This document shows, in pieces, positions 34,686-45,597 of a stretch of 64,000 nt of DNA. The position numbers were made by a program, and so were the translations under genes. The stretch is taken from positions 39,058-103,057 of the forward strand of contig JZEL01000013.1 in the NCBI GenBank assembly GCA_001567365.1, in the 5' to 3' direction. The stretch is from Parcubacteria bacterium OLB19 (lineage in GTDB: Bacteria > Patescibacteriota > Minisyncoccia > Phycocordibacterales > UBA918). Within the stretch, counting starts at the first letter, position 1. Each line of letters opens with the position of its first letter. The notes beneath the pieces were generated by a model. That model saw only the letters and a list, made by a program, of their open reading frames with translations, was not told the DNA's origin and did no database searches.

Positions 34686-35141
34686 CTAAATAGTCACACT
34701 CTCATCCTTCTTGCATTTGAAGTAAGATGATAGAGATATAGCTCCAGGACCAGCCAACAGCAAAGCAATGGTCAAACCAAGTGCCAACACATCAAGATCA
34801 CCCTTGTCGCCAATATTAAAACCCTTTACTGTCCACCACGCTACAAAAGCGATGATGGTAAGCCAAAAAGCCCAGAAACGAGTCATAACACCAAGCAAAA
34901 TAGCGATACCACCAAAAAGCTCAGCAAAAGCTACCAAGAAGGCAAACATATCTGCCATTGGAAAACCGAGATTAGTCAACATACCAGCAAAACCAGCCAA
35001 TCCCATTTCACCAAAGAATTTAGCATAGCCATGAACAACAAAGAAAACTCCTGTGGCAATACGCACAGAAAGAAGAGCGTAGTCTAATTCCTTACTAGTA
35101 ATATTTGTATCATCATTAAAAGTACAGATTTTATTAAACAT
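34686..35141 (-). CDS. DoxX-family membrane protein
   Basis: Four TM helices with the typical DoxX pattern (VFFVVHGYAKFFG..., AFAELFGGIAILLG). Confidence 0.6.
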   Translation of the reverse strand: MFNKICTFNDDTNITSKELDYALLSVRIATGVFFVVHGYAKFFGEMGLAGFAGMLTNLGFPMADMFAFLVAFAELFGGIAILLGVMTRFWAFWLTIIAFVAWWTVKGFNIGDKGDLDVLALGLTIALLLAGPGAISLSSYFKCKKDESVTI

Positions 35142-35217
35142 AGTGGTTTTAAAAATTATTTAAATAAACAACCTCCATTCAGTCTATATTGTAGCAAAAC
35201 TCTTAAGACAAAGACAA

Positions 35218-35703
35218 TTAATCTAAACTTTTTGATTTTTTATCTAAATATTCTGAAGTGTGACCTACTAAAGTACCAAGATTTTGCAAAAATTGTGCCA
35301 CCGCCGAGATTGCCAAAATAACTACAGGAATAAAAGCATAGGGAGTAAGGAGATAGAAGAAGACAACAGTAGAACCCATCCAGATTCCAATACACGAAAT
35401 ACAACCCAAGAGATCTGCCAAAGTACGCCTTGGTCCAGTAGCAGGTTTAACCAACTCAAATCCCCTACCTACTTTCTTTAGATCCCAAAACTGTTCGCGA
35501 AAGAAACGAGTGATGGTGTCATAGACAAAAAGTCGTATCAACCGCCAGGTGGCTAAAGTCATTAAAATATAATCTAGTGGCTTCAATGGTGTCTCCAAAA
35601 AACGAGATTCAGTTTCAAGAATAATTACCCCCATCACCACCAGACACAAGAAAAACACCAGAAAAACAAAATTCCAAAAGTATTGATCAGTAATACGTAT
35701 CAT
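35218..35703 (-). CDS. hypothetical integral membrane protein (4 TM helices)
   Basis: ORF track. A 31-aa hydrophobic mini-ORF (MFNKTFYKFLFSFVAVIVGTLFFILVVGLGV) lies immediately upstream at ~35710-35805. Confidence 0.4.
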   Translation of the reverse strand: MIRITDQYFWNFVFLVFFLCLVVMGVIILETESRFLETPLKPLDYILMTLATWRLIRLFVYDTITRFFREQFWDLKKVGRGFELVKPATGPRRTLADLLGCISCIGIWMGSTVVFFYLLTPYAFIPVVILAISAVAQFLQNLGTLVGHTSEYLDKKSKSLD

Positions 35704-35968
35704 AAACTACACCCCAAGACCAACTACCAGTATAAAAAAGAGCGTACCTACTATCACTGCCACAAAACTAAACAGGAACTTATAGAAAGTCTTATTAAAC
35801 ATCCTAATTATTATAACAGATAAATATCACACATAAGTAAACAACACACAAAGCTACGCATAATGCAGTGTTTTAGCTTTACTATATTTGTTTACACAAG
35901 CTAGTTAATTTTTGCTGGCAATTTGTTGGTAAAAGTGTATAATAGAAAGATAACTATGAAAGAGACCC

Positions 35969-36486
35969 TTATGCAGATACGTCTGCATCGGGGGCTTTTT
36001 CTTTTTGTATAATCGCAGAAAATTTATGGTAATGATCATTCAAAAATAAGATTTCTGAGTTTTTATTTCTTAATAGAATAGAGCATTTATTATCATCAGG
36101 AGCAATTATAGTTTTTAGAACATTATTTTCCTTAAGAAATTCAACTAGACAACCAAAATCGCCATCGCCTGTAAGTAATATACATTCTTTGATAGGCCTT
36201 TATAAAAATCGGAAACGGACTTTAAGACTAATTCTGCATCACAATTCCCTTTCACCATACCACGAACATTAATAGTTTGTTTGAAAACCAAAATAAAACC
36301 ACACTCTTGCAGATATTCATAAAACATTATTCTATTAGGAATTAGTCCTATGAATAAATAAACATTATTGGGAGTATATTTTTGCCTCAGCCAGCCACGA
36401 AATTTTTTATAATCGATTTTATAGCCAAGCTCAGTCGCTGCTCGATATAAATTATTTCCATCAATATAAATGTTTACCTTGACCAC
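35969..36486 (-). CDS. NYN/LabA-like (PIN-fold) domain protein, interrupted by a frameshift near 36195-36210
   Basis: N-part (ORF 36145..36600): VKVNIYIDGNNLYRAATELGYKIDYKKF...GNCDAELVL. C-part in another frame: IKECILLTGDGDFGCLVEFLKENNVLKTIIAPDDNKCS, carrying the NYN signature TGDGDF. Putative GTG start at 36486; the track start 36600 lies inside a terminator hairpin. Confidence 0.45.
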
Positions 36487-36511
36487 AATATTTACGTAAT
36501 TATACCACACC

Positions 36512-36545
36512 AAAAACCCCGACAGCGAGGCTGTCGGGGTTTTTG
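36512..36545. terminator. terminator hairpin (first of a tandem pair)
   Basis: aaaaaccccgacagc-gag-gctgtcggggttttt. Confidence 0.6.
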
Positions 36546-36586
36546 AAATTGAGTTAAAAAGGTATTTACAATTGTAACAGAACACA

Positions 36587-36617
36587 ACAAAACCCCGCAT
36601 AAAGCGGGGTTTTGTTT
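36587..36617. terminator. terminator hairpin (second of a tandem pair), directly downstream of gene 36662..38650
   Basis: aacaaaaccccgc-ataa-agcggggttttgtt. Confidence 0.6.
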
Positions 36618-36661
36618 AGCTTAGACTAAACTTTTTACAGTTCTGTCAAAGGTATCTTAGA

Positions 36662-38650
36662 TTAAGAACCTTGTACAGTCTCGTAACCAGTTCGGAAGTC
36701 TTGAGCTGGAGTTGGTGTGTAAGCCTCAGTAGATGTAATACCATCTTCATCTGAAGTGTAGTTTACATTACCAAGTTGTACACGGTATTGACCAGTAGCA
36801 AATGGGTCAACAGTTACAGTCAATGTGAATGTTTCTGTTTCACCTTCACGTACTGTGAATACACCTGAAGTGTCTTCATCAGCAGTTGATGAAAGAACTC
36901 CTGACGAAGTAGCTTTGCCACCATCAACAGAGAATTCAACACCAGTAGTTGCTGAAGTTCCTTCAGTTGCTAGTTCCTTGATGTAGAAATCACCTTCTAC
37001 AGCAGTAACTTCGAACTCAATAGTGAACTTACCGATAGTATCGTTTTCACCTTGTGTATCAGTTGTAGCTTCTACACCATCAACTGGTACAACGATACCT
37101 TCAGCTACTAGAGTATGTGACTCACCGCTAGCAGAACCAGAGAATGTGTCAATATCATCAGCACCTTCAGCGTCAGTTAGATCACGTTCTACTGAAGTTA
37201 CGTTAGCTTCGATAGTTGTACCATTTGAGTAACGATCAACGTTAGTTGAAGATTCTTGTGACTTGATGTCAACAACAACTGCAACTGTTACTTCATCATC
37301 AGCATCAATGGTTACATCACCATCAATATCGAATTCGAAAGTAGTTGTGTTAGCAGTAGTACTTGCTGAGTTTTCAGCATCGAAACTTTGTCCATCGATT
37401 TCAAGAGCAATATCATCAATTACAAGTGATGAAGTAGCTGATGTATCAACCTTTACAAACAATGTGTTAAGTTCAATATCACCTTCTTGAGCTTCGATAG
37501 TGTATTCAAGGATAGTTACACCATCTGTTGAATCATCTGTATCAACTACGATATCTGTAGCATCTGGGTTGCTTGAAGCAGTTCCGAACTTAAGTTCTTC
37601 ACCTTCACCTTCTTCAACGATTTCGAAAGCAGCTGAAGCTGATGGCAACTCATCTGTTGTGGCAACACCGTCAGCATCGAAGTAACGTACTTCTGTAGCT
37701 GTAAGTGTCCAGTCACCTTCATCTGATACACCAGCGTCGTCAACTGAACCTGCAACTGTAGCAGCAACAGTAACTTCTACTTCTTCATCTTCCATAAGTA
37801 CTAGACCTACGTTTGTGAAGCGGAATGTACCATCATCTTCATCTAGGTAATTATCCTCGTCTGAAGCGTCGAATGAAGCAACTTCTTCACCGTCTACCCA
37901 TAGAGTAATCTCTTCGAATACTTCCCATGGATCGTTTTCAGTGTTGTCACCATCAGTTTCGATAGTGAAGTCCATACGATCAATTTCGATGTCTCCATCT
38001 GTAGCTTCCATTGTAATTTCAGCTAGCTCTGCATCTTCTGCACCTTCTTGTACATCAGTGTCAGTAGCATCATCCATTTCGAATGTGTCTAGTGAACCTT
38101 CACCTGAAAGTTCATTTGATTCTTCTTCCTCTTCTTCATCTGTTGATCCTTCCTCCTCATCTTCGTCTGGAGTTGTAGTAACAGTGTTTAGAGCATTAGC
38201 TTTAGCACGTGTTGATGGACCAAAGTAACCAGTTGGGTTTACTAGACCAGCTGGTGAAAGGATATCAGCACGGTACTTAACTTGGAACTTAGATACTGCA
38301 GCGGTTGTAGCTGGACCATAAGTCTCAGTTTCCATACCAGCAGAACCAGCACCTGTAGCAGCTACACGAGTATCTGGGTCAGCGTTCAAGAACTTTTGTA
38401 GTTCCTTTACATCAGCACCAGTCATGCCTGTCTTAAGGTCACGAGTCCAAGTGTATCCGCTAGCTGTAGCGCTACCTTGTCCAGCTTGTGCTTGGAGAGT
38501 AGCGATTTGTGCTAGTAGATCATTAATCATCTTTTGTAGATCTTCAGCTGACTGTTGAGCGTTTGAAGCTGGAACAGACATTGTGAAGATCATTGCTAGT
38601 GCTACAAAAGCAACAGCTGCCTTTGAAGCAAAATCTTTTGCAATAGTCAT
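36662..38650 (-). CDS. secreted peptidoglycan-binding-domain protein with a long, extremely acidic Asp/Glu/Thr-rich region (S-layer/cell-surface candidate)
   Basis: Signal peptide; PG_binding_1-like segment LKTGMTGADVKELQKFLN...ETYGPATTAAVSKFQ; then ~450 aa dominated by D/E/T/V/G (e.g. EDEEEGSTDEEEEEESNELSGEGSLD). Confidence 0.65.
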   Translation of the reverse strand: MTIAKDFASKAAVAFVALAMIFTMSVPASNAQQSAEDLQKMINDLLAQIATLQAQAGQGSATASGYTWTRDLKTGMTGADVKELQKFLNADPDTRVAATGAGSAGMETETYGPATTAAVSKFQVKYRADILSPAGLVNPTGYFGPSTRAKANALNTVTTTPDEDEEEGSTDEEEEEESNELSGEGSLDTFEMDDATDTDVQEGAEDAELAEITMEATDGDIEIDRMDFTIETDGDNTENDPWEVFEEITLWVDGEEVASFDASDEDNYLDEDDGTFRFTNVGLVLMEDEEVEVTVAATVAGSVDDAGVSDEGDWTLTATEVRYFDADGVATTDELPSASAAFEIVEEGEGEELKFGTASSNPDATDIVVDTDDSTDGVTILEYTIEAQEGDIELNTLFVKVDTSATSSLVIDDIALEIDGQSFDAENSASTTANTTTFEFDIDGDVTIDADDEVTVAVVVDIKSQESSTNVDRYSNGTTIEANVTSVERDLTDAEGADDIDTFSGSASGESHTLVAEGIVVPVDGVEATTDTQGENDTIGKFTIEFEVTAVEGDFYIKELATEGTSATTGVEFSVDGGKATSSGVLSSTADEDTSGVFTVREGETETFTLTVTVDPFATGQYRVQLGNVNYTSDEDGITSTEAYTPTPAQDFRTGYETVQGS

Positions 38651-39673
38651 AAATGTAATTAAAAATAATTTTGCGTGGGATTAACACGCGTACTCAAATT
38701 AATGAGCGATTAAAATTTGATAACGACTGATAATATGAATTAATTCATATTTCGTAAGTGGCTTATCAACCCACCTACGCAATATCACTAACTCTGTGTC
38801 TTGCAACACAAAGGTTAGCTGCGAAACGGGTCTGAATGTCTAGAATTAGCAACCATAAGCGGGACAAGGTCGGGCGGGAATTTTGCGCTTTATGCTAAAA
38901 AGCATCCGCGCGCAAGACGGTGTTTTTGGATATGAAAATCATGTAACCACTTACATAATCCTGTTTATGTCTAACTTTTAGGTTGGACATCACATGTTTA
39001 TCAAAGAACATTCATAACTCTTAAACGCTTGTTTCTTGATGAAGTGTCGAGTGACTTTGTGTACTACACAAGTGACTAAAAAACCACTTCAGAAAAAAGC
39101 GCATAAGCGCATGCAAAACAGTATAGCAGGTTCTTACACCTTCCAACAGTATCAAGGATGAAGTATGTGGATTATTTGCCTAGTCTCACCAACAAAAATG
39201 ATGATGGTTTTAGTACAAAAAATAACAACAAATCCCGACTACCGTACCTTCTACAGTACGTGAAAGTGCGAAAAACGTCAATAAACTACCTTCTGTTTCT
39301 GCCTGTGATGACGCTTGTGTTTAACTGGTCTTACTAGCAAAAAAACAGTAGAAAACAGAAAACTATGAGTGGCAAGTGGGTATAAAACGTAATAGAGTAG
39401 CTATATCCAGAGAAACTAAAACTCCAATTTTAAGCCTCCACAACGAAAATACTCTAAGCGAAGATCTGCGAAAGAATTTGGGATTTTTGTTTCTTTCTAT
39501 TACAGTCTCAGAAAATACCACAACACTTTCCTTGCGTCTTTTATAAAATAAAGGACTAACACAATATTTTCTTACAGGTCATTATTCAGACAATTTTCAC
39601 TGCGAATGCTCAAAAATATTATCCAGTCCTTTATATAATAGTTGTTATTTGATACAAATATTAAATGTGTCCT

Positions 39674-40402
39674 TTATTTTGCTAAAGAATATTTTGACCA
39701 TCGTCTCTCACCTTGTCTTATTACTTGTCCTTTTTCTATTAGACTATTGAGTTCTCTTTGAATAGTCTTCTCTCCGACATCAGTTATAACTTCAGCAATG
39801 TCTTTAATTGTGGCTTCGGGTTTCGCTTCAAGGACAGTCTTTATACGGACAGAACGATCTACCAATTGGCTATAGACCATATGCGCATCGGAGCTAATAT
39901 CTCCCTTTGGGATACTTACTCGTGACGGACGAATTGCGCCAATAGACTTAGACGCTTTGGGACGATCGACAGTGATACTCGGTGAAACTTGTGCTGAATC
40001 ACGAACAGTTAGTGGAGTCTGACTAGTGAAGTGGTTGCGAAGGTATCGTTGTACCAAATCAACCTCAGCTAGGAGCAAAGCTAAGACTTCGTCATTCAGC
40101 ACCCGAGCGGCGTTGGCAATACGAAGCATTCCTTCCAAAGCCACTAAGGATTGCTCGAAGGGGAAAATCTTGTCTTTAACTTCATACTCATACAGAGACA
40201 ACGTCGCTAATGACGACTCATGTACTCTCATGGCTTTTTCACTTATGTTCTTTAGATGGAAATCTGTCTGTTCGTTCCTTTCAATATAAGACAGAATATA
40301 GAAGACAACAGAGACCATTCTCTCTGTCTTTTTAAAAACATTACTGTAGTATTCATTGTTAGATGATAGTCTTTTTACTTCGTAAAAACTGTCTTTTTCC
40401 AT
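39674..40402 (-). CDS. putative transcriptional regulator with C-terminal winged helix-turn-helix
   Basis: C-terminal TIKDIAEVITDVGEKTIQRELNSLIEKGQVIRQGERRWSKYSL is wHTH-like; the N-terminal ~170 aa are uncharacterised. Confidence 0.45.
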   Translation of the reverse strand: MEKDSFYEVKRLSSNNEYYSNVFKKTERMVSVVFYILSYIERNEQTDFHLKNISEKAMRVHESSLATLSLYEYEVKDKIFPFEQSLVALEGMLRIANAARVLNDEVLALLLAEVDLVQRYLRNHFTSQTPLTVRDSAQVSPSITVDRPKASKSIGAIRPSRVSIPKGDISSDAHMVYSQLVDRSVRIKTVLEAKPEATIKDIAEVITDVGEKTIQRELNSLIEKGQVIRQGERRWSKYSLAK

Positions 40403-40667
40403 ACTGTCTTTTCTGTCTTATTTACTGTTAAATAGTTTCTTTTATTGTCGTTTATACTTCTTGTCTTTAACTCCTGTTGTCTTACCTACTATAAAGACAT
40501 TTTGTTTATTTGCAAGGTTATTTTTTGTCTTTGACTTAGAACAGTTTAGCATTATTTGCACAGAATTTCCTATAGCCCCTTCTACTTTTAATCCGACTCT
40601 CCCCAATATAATCAATTGGTTTTGTGGTATTATTTTGGTATTTCATAAATCACGGTTTGTATTGTTA

Positions 40668-42890
40668 TGTCTAAGAAAAAACGCACTAGTGCCCTAGAAG
40701 TAAAAGAACGGTCTCCCTTATTTGATGACCTTTCGCCACAAGCCCGTCAGGCTATCGGGGCTGTTATCGTGGGTGTTTTGGGTATCTTTTTTATTGTCTC
40801 TTCTTGGATACGCTGGCATGGTCGGAGGCTATAGCGAAGCTGCTCTGACTAAACTTTTTGGTACCGGCGCTTGGCTTGCACCATTAGCTTGTGCTTTTTA
40901 TGTCTACGCACTCATGAATCCAAAAGAGGACGACCATGTCAGCACTTCAAAAATTATCGGTATCTCTGTCCTCTTCTTTTCCTTATTAGCTAGTCTCGAA
41001 TTGTATAGTGACGGACTTGGCGGATTTACCGGTCTAGCTATCACCTATCCACTCACATATTTGGTTGGAGAAATGGTGACGGGAGTAACCTTGTTTGCAC
41101 TAGTCTTGATTGGAGTTTTTCTTACCTTCAACACCGGACTCACCTTGCCAAAATTTGGTCGAAAGGGTGAAGGAGAATTTGAAGAAATTGAGGAAGATTT
41201 CGGTCTTGAAGAACTAGACCTGCCTGAACTAGATAACACAAAAGAGGGAGAAGAAATATTAGAAGAGGAAAAAGAGGAAGAGAAAAAAGGCATTCAGTCA
41301 TTTAAAGATAAGGTGAGCGATACCTTGAAGGGAGTAAGAAATGATGCTGATATTGTAGTCAAAAATTTCAGCGGTCCTTACGTACCTCCTCCTCTTACGC
41401 TCTTAAATAAAGACAAGGGTAAGGCGATGGCTGGAGATGTGAAAGCTAACTCCATGACCATTAAACGCACCTTGAAGGAATTTGGTATTAATGTTGAAAT
41501 GGATGCTGTAGAAAGCGGTCCCGCCATTACTCGTTACTCATTGAAGCCGGCTCAAGGTGTGCGTATTTCTCGCATTGTCGCCCTGCAACAAGAACTTCAA
41601 TTAGCCCTTAAGGCCAGCACTATTCGTATTGAGGCACCTATTCCCGGCAAATCACTAGTTGGTATTGAAGTACCGAACGCTGTTCGTTCTACTGTCGGTT
41701 TGGCCTCCATTCTCAAAAATCCCGAATATACCGACTCACCACGCCCACTCTTGGTTGCTTTGGGTAAGGATGTAGCTGGTGGTGTACACTTCGCCAACAT
41801 CGCTCGTATGCCACATGCCCTAATTGCTGGTACCACCGGATCTGGAAAATCTGTAACTATACATAATATTATTGTCTCTCTCCTGTTTAGGAATTCCCCC
41901 GATCAATTACGTTTTATTTTAGTAGACCCAAAGCGCGTGGAACTCACTCTATATAATGGTATCCCACATCTACTCACACCAGTAATCACCGAGCCGAAGA
42001 AAGCTCTCAAAGCCTTAACTTGGGCAGTTAAAGAGATGGCCAGACGTTATGATATTTTGCAAGCTGAAGGTATTCAAGGACTAGATCTTTATCACAGTAA
42101 TGTCTACCAACCAGCCAAGAAGGCTTGGGAGGAAAAAGGTTCTCCGGAAGAAGAAAGAGATAACTTACCTGAACCACTACCATATATAGTTATCATCCTC
42201 GATGAGCTTAACGATTTAATGCAAGCTTACCCACGTGAACTCGAAGCCTTGATTGTACGCCTAGCACAAATGAGTCGCGCTGTCGGTATTCATCTACTCT
42301 TAGCTACTCAGAGACCTTCAGTAAACGTTATAACTGGTACCATCAAAGCTAATGTTCCGACCCGTATCGCCTTAAACGTGGCCTCACAGATAGATTCTCG
42401 TACCATTATTGATCAGATGGGAGCAGAAAAACTTCTCGGGCAGGGTGACATGCTTTATTTGTCCTCCGATAGTCCTCGTCTCATCCGTATTCAATCAGCC
42501 TTCATCTCCGGTGAGGAAATTAAGAAGGTAGTGAGTTATCTAAAAGATCAAGATAGTGCTCACCAACTCGACACTATTGACTTTGAAGACCAGAAAGACG
42601 GCATGGGCAATATGAACTCATTTATGGGTGCTATCGGTGGTAATGATGACGATGTTGGTGATGATCTCTTTGAAGATGCCAAACAAGCCGTAATGGAAGC
42701 CGGAAAAGCTTCCACCTCCTATTTGCAACGCAAACTTCGCATTGGCTATTCTCGAGCAGCCCGCCTAATGGATATTCTCGAGGAACAAGGTGTAATCGGA
42801 CCAGCCGACGGTGCTCGCCCACGTGAAGTCTTGATTGGTAAAAATGCTCCTATGGACCAAGATAACGACCTAAGTGGACGTGAGGATTAA
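40668..42890 (+). CDS. ftsK: DNA translocase FtsK/SpoIIIE; N-terminal segment displaced by a frameshift in a T6 run (40787-40792)
   Basis: Motor domain with Walker A GTTGSGKSV and a gamma-domain wHTH (STSYLQRKLRIGYSRAARLMDILE). The ATG at 40668 gives MSKKKRTSALEVKERSPLFDDLSPQARQAIGAVIVGVLGIFFIVS, which joins LLGYAGMVGGY... if the T6 is read as T5. Confidence 0.8.
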
Positions 42891-42892
42891 AA

Positions 42893-43279
42893 ATGCTGAG
42901 ACCTATCACCAACACCCTAGAATTACGAGATATCCTGAAATTTTTAGGTATAGCCATATCTATATTGCTTTTTGGTGCCTATTTAAGCTTTCAAGCTAGA
43001 TATCTAATAGCCGGACCGCAACTAATTCTTGACTATGAACCTCCAGTTAATAACACTACACGTGTAGTTGAACTTACCGGTACCGCCACCAACATCACTC
43101 ATCTCTGGTTAAACGACCGTCCTATCTTTACCGATGAAAAAGGGCATTTTAAAGAGGCATTAATTTTAGAAAACGGTTATACTATAACTACTTTGAAAGC
43201 TAGGGACAGATACGGACGCGAAACAGAAATTGTACGATCGTTTGTCTACACTCCAGCTTCCATTATTCAATATAATTAA
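42893..43279 (+). CDS. hypothetical membrane-anchored protein (128 aa)
   Basis: ORF track; one TM helix FLGIAISILLFGAYLSF; sits between ftsK and recA. Confidence 0.4.
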   Translation: MLRPITNTLELRDILKFLGIAISILLFGAYLSFQARYLIAGPQLILDYEPPVNNTTRVVELTGTATNITHLWLNDRPIFTDEKGHFKEALILENGYTITTLKARDRYGRETEIVRSFVYTPASIIQYN

Positions 43280-43285
43280 TTAAAT

Positions 43286-44383
43286 ATGGCAAAGAAAAAA
43301 ACCATTGAAAGTAGCAGTAACAAAGAGCAAGGAATCGCCAGTATTGCCGAAACCTTACGCGCTATCAAAACCAAATTCGGTGATGAAGCAATCATGACTC
43401 TAGATGAAAGCAAGAAAGTTGACGTAGACGCTATTCCAACTGGTTCAATCGGCCTTGATGATGCCCTTGGTATCGGTGGCTTTCCACGTGGACGTATTAT
43501 TGAAATCTTTGGACCAGAGTCTTCCGGTAAAACCACCCTATCTCTGCACGCAGTAGCTGAAGCACAAAAGATGGGTGGTATTTGCGCTTTTATTGACGCC
43601 GAACACGCTATGGACCCTGAGTACGCCAAAAATATCGGTGTAAAGCTGGATGAACTTTTGATTTCCCAACCAGATAATGGCGAGCAAGCCCTAGAAATTG
43701 TTGAGTCTTTAGTGCGTTCCGGTAAAATCGATGTGATTGTGATTGACTCAGTAGCCGCTCTTACCCCTAGAGATGAAATCGAAGGTGAAATGGGCGCTCA
43801 CCATGTAGGTAAACAAGCTCGTTTAATGAGTCAGGCCTTACGTAAATTGACTGGAATAGTAGCAAAAAGTAAGACGGTGGTTATCTTTATTAACCAAATC
43901 CGTATGCAAGTGGGAGTGATGTTTGGTAACCCTGAAACCACACCAGGAGGTAAAGCTCTTAAGTTCTACACTTCTGTTCGACTAGATATTCGCCGTATTG
44001 CTCAGATTAAAAAGGGCGAAGAAGTGGTTGGTGGACGTCACCGGGTAAAAGTAGTTAAAAATAAAGTAGCTTCCCCTTTCCGTACAACTGAATTTGACTT
44101 AATCTATGGTGAAGGTATCTCTCGTGAAGGTGAACTATTAGCCCTCGGTGAAAAATATAAATTCGTGAGAAAATCCGGCGCTTCTTATACTTACCTTCCT
44201 CCTGGCGGTGACGAAAGTGCTGAAGTAAAACTAGGTCGTGGTTATGATGCTGCTCGCACGTATCTGCGTGAAAACCCTAAAGTTCAAAATGAATTATTAG
44301 GCCATATTCGCCAAGCACTTAAAGACGAAGCTTCCGGTGTACAAGTAGAGAAAGCGAGTCTAAAAAAAGACAGCCGGCGATGA
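43286..44383 (+). CDS. recA: recombinase RecA
   Basis: [20 protein letters not shown] Walker A; [12 protein letters not shown]; strong end-to-end RecA similarity. Ends with TGA. Confidence 0.92.
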   Translation: MAKKKTIESSSNKEQGIASIAETLRAIKTKFGDEAIMTLDESKKVDVDAIPTGSIGLDDALGIGGFPRGRIIEIFGPESSGKTTLSLHAVAEAQKMGGICAFIDAEHAMDPEYAKNIGVKLDELLISQPDNGEQALEIVESLVRSGKIDVIVIDSVAALTPRDEIEGEMGAHHVGKQARLMSQALRKLTGIVAKSKTVVIFINQIRMQVGVMFGNPETTPGGKALKFYTSVRLDIRRIAQIKKGEEVVGGRHRVKVVKNKVASPFRTTEFDLIYGEGISREGELLALGEKYKFVRKSGASYTYLPPGGDESAEVKLGRGYDAARTYLRENPKVQNELLGHIRQALKDEASGVQVEKASLKKDSRR

Positions 44384-44420
44384 AGATGTGAGTGGTAGCG
44401 AGGAGTAAAGGATGAAAGAG

Positions 44421-44458
44421 AAAAAGCGGTAAATTCCTAAAGGAATTTACCGCTTTTT
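44421..44458. terminator. bidirectional terminator
   Basis: aaaaagcggtaaattcc-taa-aggaatttaccgcttttt. Confidence 0.65.
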
Positions 44459-44470
44459 AGAGTAAAACTG

Positions 44471-45487
44471 TTACTTATTATTACTGATTGGCACTCCAGT
44501 TGGGCTACCGTCAATAACTATGGTGTTTATTGATCCATTTTCTACACCCTTCAAAAAAGCTGTCGCTTTAGTATTGTTGGAAATAGCGTTAATAATTAGC
44601 GCTATCTGTTCAGGAGTAAAACCTGTTGGTAAACTGGAAAATAAATTGGTAATACCCTTACCTTCATTACCTCTTCGGTTTGCCTCTTCTTCAGCTACAA
44701 ATGTAAGAGTTTTTTGTTTTGCTAGATCCTCATCAGCTGCTGCTTTTTCAGCAATAGCATTTAAGACCTTTTGCGGTGGAAGCACTTTCCTTATTTGCAC
44801 AGGCAGGATAGTAAAAACTTTCTGCGCGTCTGATTTTTCCATACCCTGACTAACTAAGTCGGACACTAAGTGTTCTAGGAACTTTTCCTCCATAGTAACC
44901 GCTAACTCTTCGCGCTTACTAGTAGTAGCTTCCTCTGAAGTATATTGTGACACGGAAGAACGAACTGCTGACCGAGTAACTGGTATGATTAAAGAATTTA
45001 TATAACTTTCATCATTTCCCATTCTTTGAAAGACCCAATAAGCGTAAACTGGGTTAATTACAAAAGAAAAAGTGGCTTCTACAATCAAAGGTAAGTTGTT
45101 CTTAGATTGTGAAATCATACCGCCATCTCCTTCACTAGCATCCCCGCCACCAAAATGAATAGCTGTTTTTCTAGCCGACATTTTACTAAAATCAAGAAAA
45201 GGATTTACAGTATGAAATCCTTCAGTGTAAGACCTTGTTTGCATTGTGTTAAATAGAGAAGCAACATAAATCGTACCAACTGGAACCATAATGAAGGAAT
45301 TATACATAATCACTAAAATGGTTACAGCTGTTGAAATGAGAATATAGAATGACGATGGTTTTTTCAAATCTTCAACGCGATTACCCTCTTCAATTTGTTT
45401 TGCAAAATTTTTGGTATCCTTATAGAAAACATAAGCAAAACCAATAATGGCCAAGACTAAAATCGTAAGTATTATTGTAAACCACAT
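44471..45487 (-). CDS. SPFH/band-7 (prohibitin/HflK-like) domain membrane protein
   Basis: N-terminal TM helix, then a region resembling SPFH domains (VPVGTIYVASLFN...GFHTVNPFLDFSKMSARKTAIHFGGG) and a C-terminal Ala/Glu-rich coiled coil. Confidence 0.45.
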   Translation of the reverse strand: MWFTIILTILVLAIIGFAYVFYKDTKNFAKQIEEGNRVEDLKKPSSFYILISTAVTILVIMYNSFIMVPVGTIYVASLFNTMQTRSYTEGFHTVNPFLDFSKMSARKTAIHFGGGDASEGDGGMISQSKNNLPLIVEATFSFVINPVYAYWVFQRMGNDESYINSLIIPVTRSAVRSSVSQYTSEEATTSKREELAVTMEEKFLEHLVSDLVSQGMEKSDAQKVFTILPVQIRKVLPPQKVLNAIAEKAAADEDLAKQKTLTFVAEEEANRRGNEGKGITNLFSSLPTGFTPEQIALIINAISNNTKATAFLKGVENGSINTIVIDGSPTGVPISNNK

Positions 45488-45597
45488 TTAATCACCTCAT
45501 ACAGTAAATTTTTGAAAGAACCTTCTCTGACATCTAAATAAAAATTTAGAATGTCCGCATCTTATAACACATAATTATATATATGTAAATATATATC

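Noticed and set aside
35958-36000. Hairpin plus T-run (atgcagatacgtctgcat cgggggcttttt) that looks like a plus-strand terminator
   Set aside because: It lies inside the C-terminal coding region of the minus-strand NYN-domain gene (encoding ...APDADVSA*). No plus-strand gene lies upstream, so it is probably coincidental.
43276-43629. Minus-strand 117-aa ORF overlapping recA
   Set aside because: It is antisense to a strongly supported recA and low-complexity. Other antisense or embedded ORFs were rejected for the same reason: 540..743, 796..1062, 6819..7154, 10839..11135, 12291..12638, 21678..21923, 33176..33487, 34768..35028, 37023..38228 plus-strand set, 41045..41293, 44520..44849, 46824..47132, 47507..47776, 48851..49195, 57098..57698, and 59337..59849.
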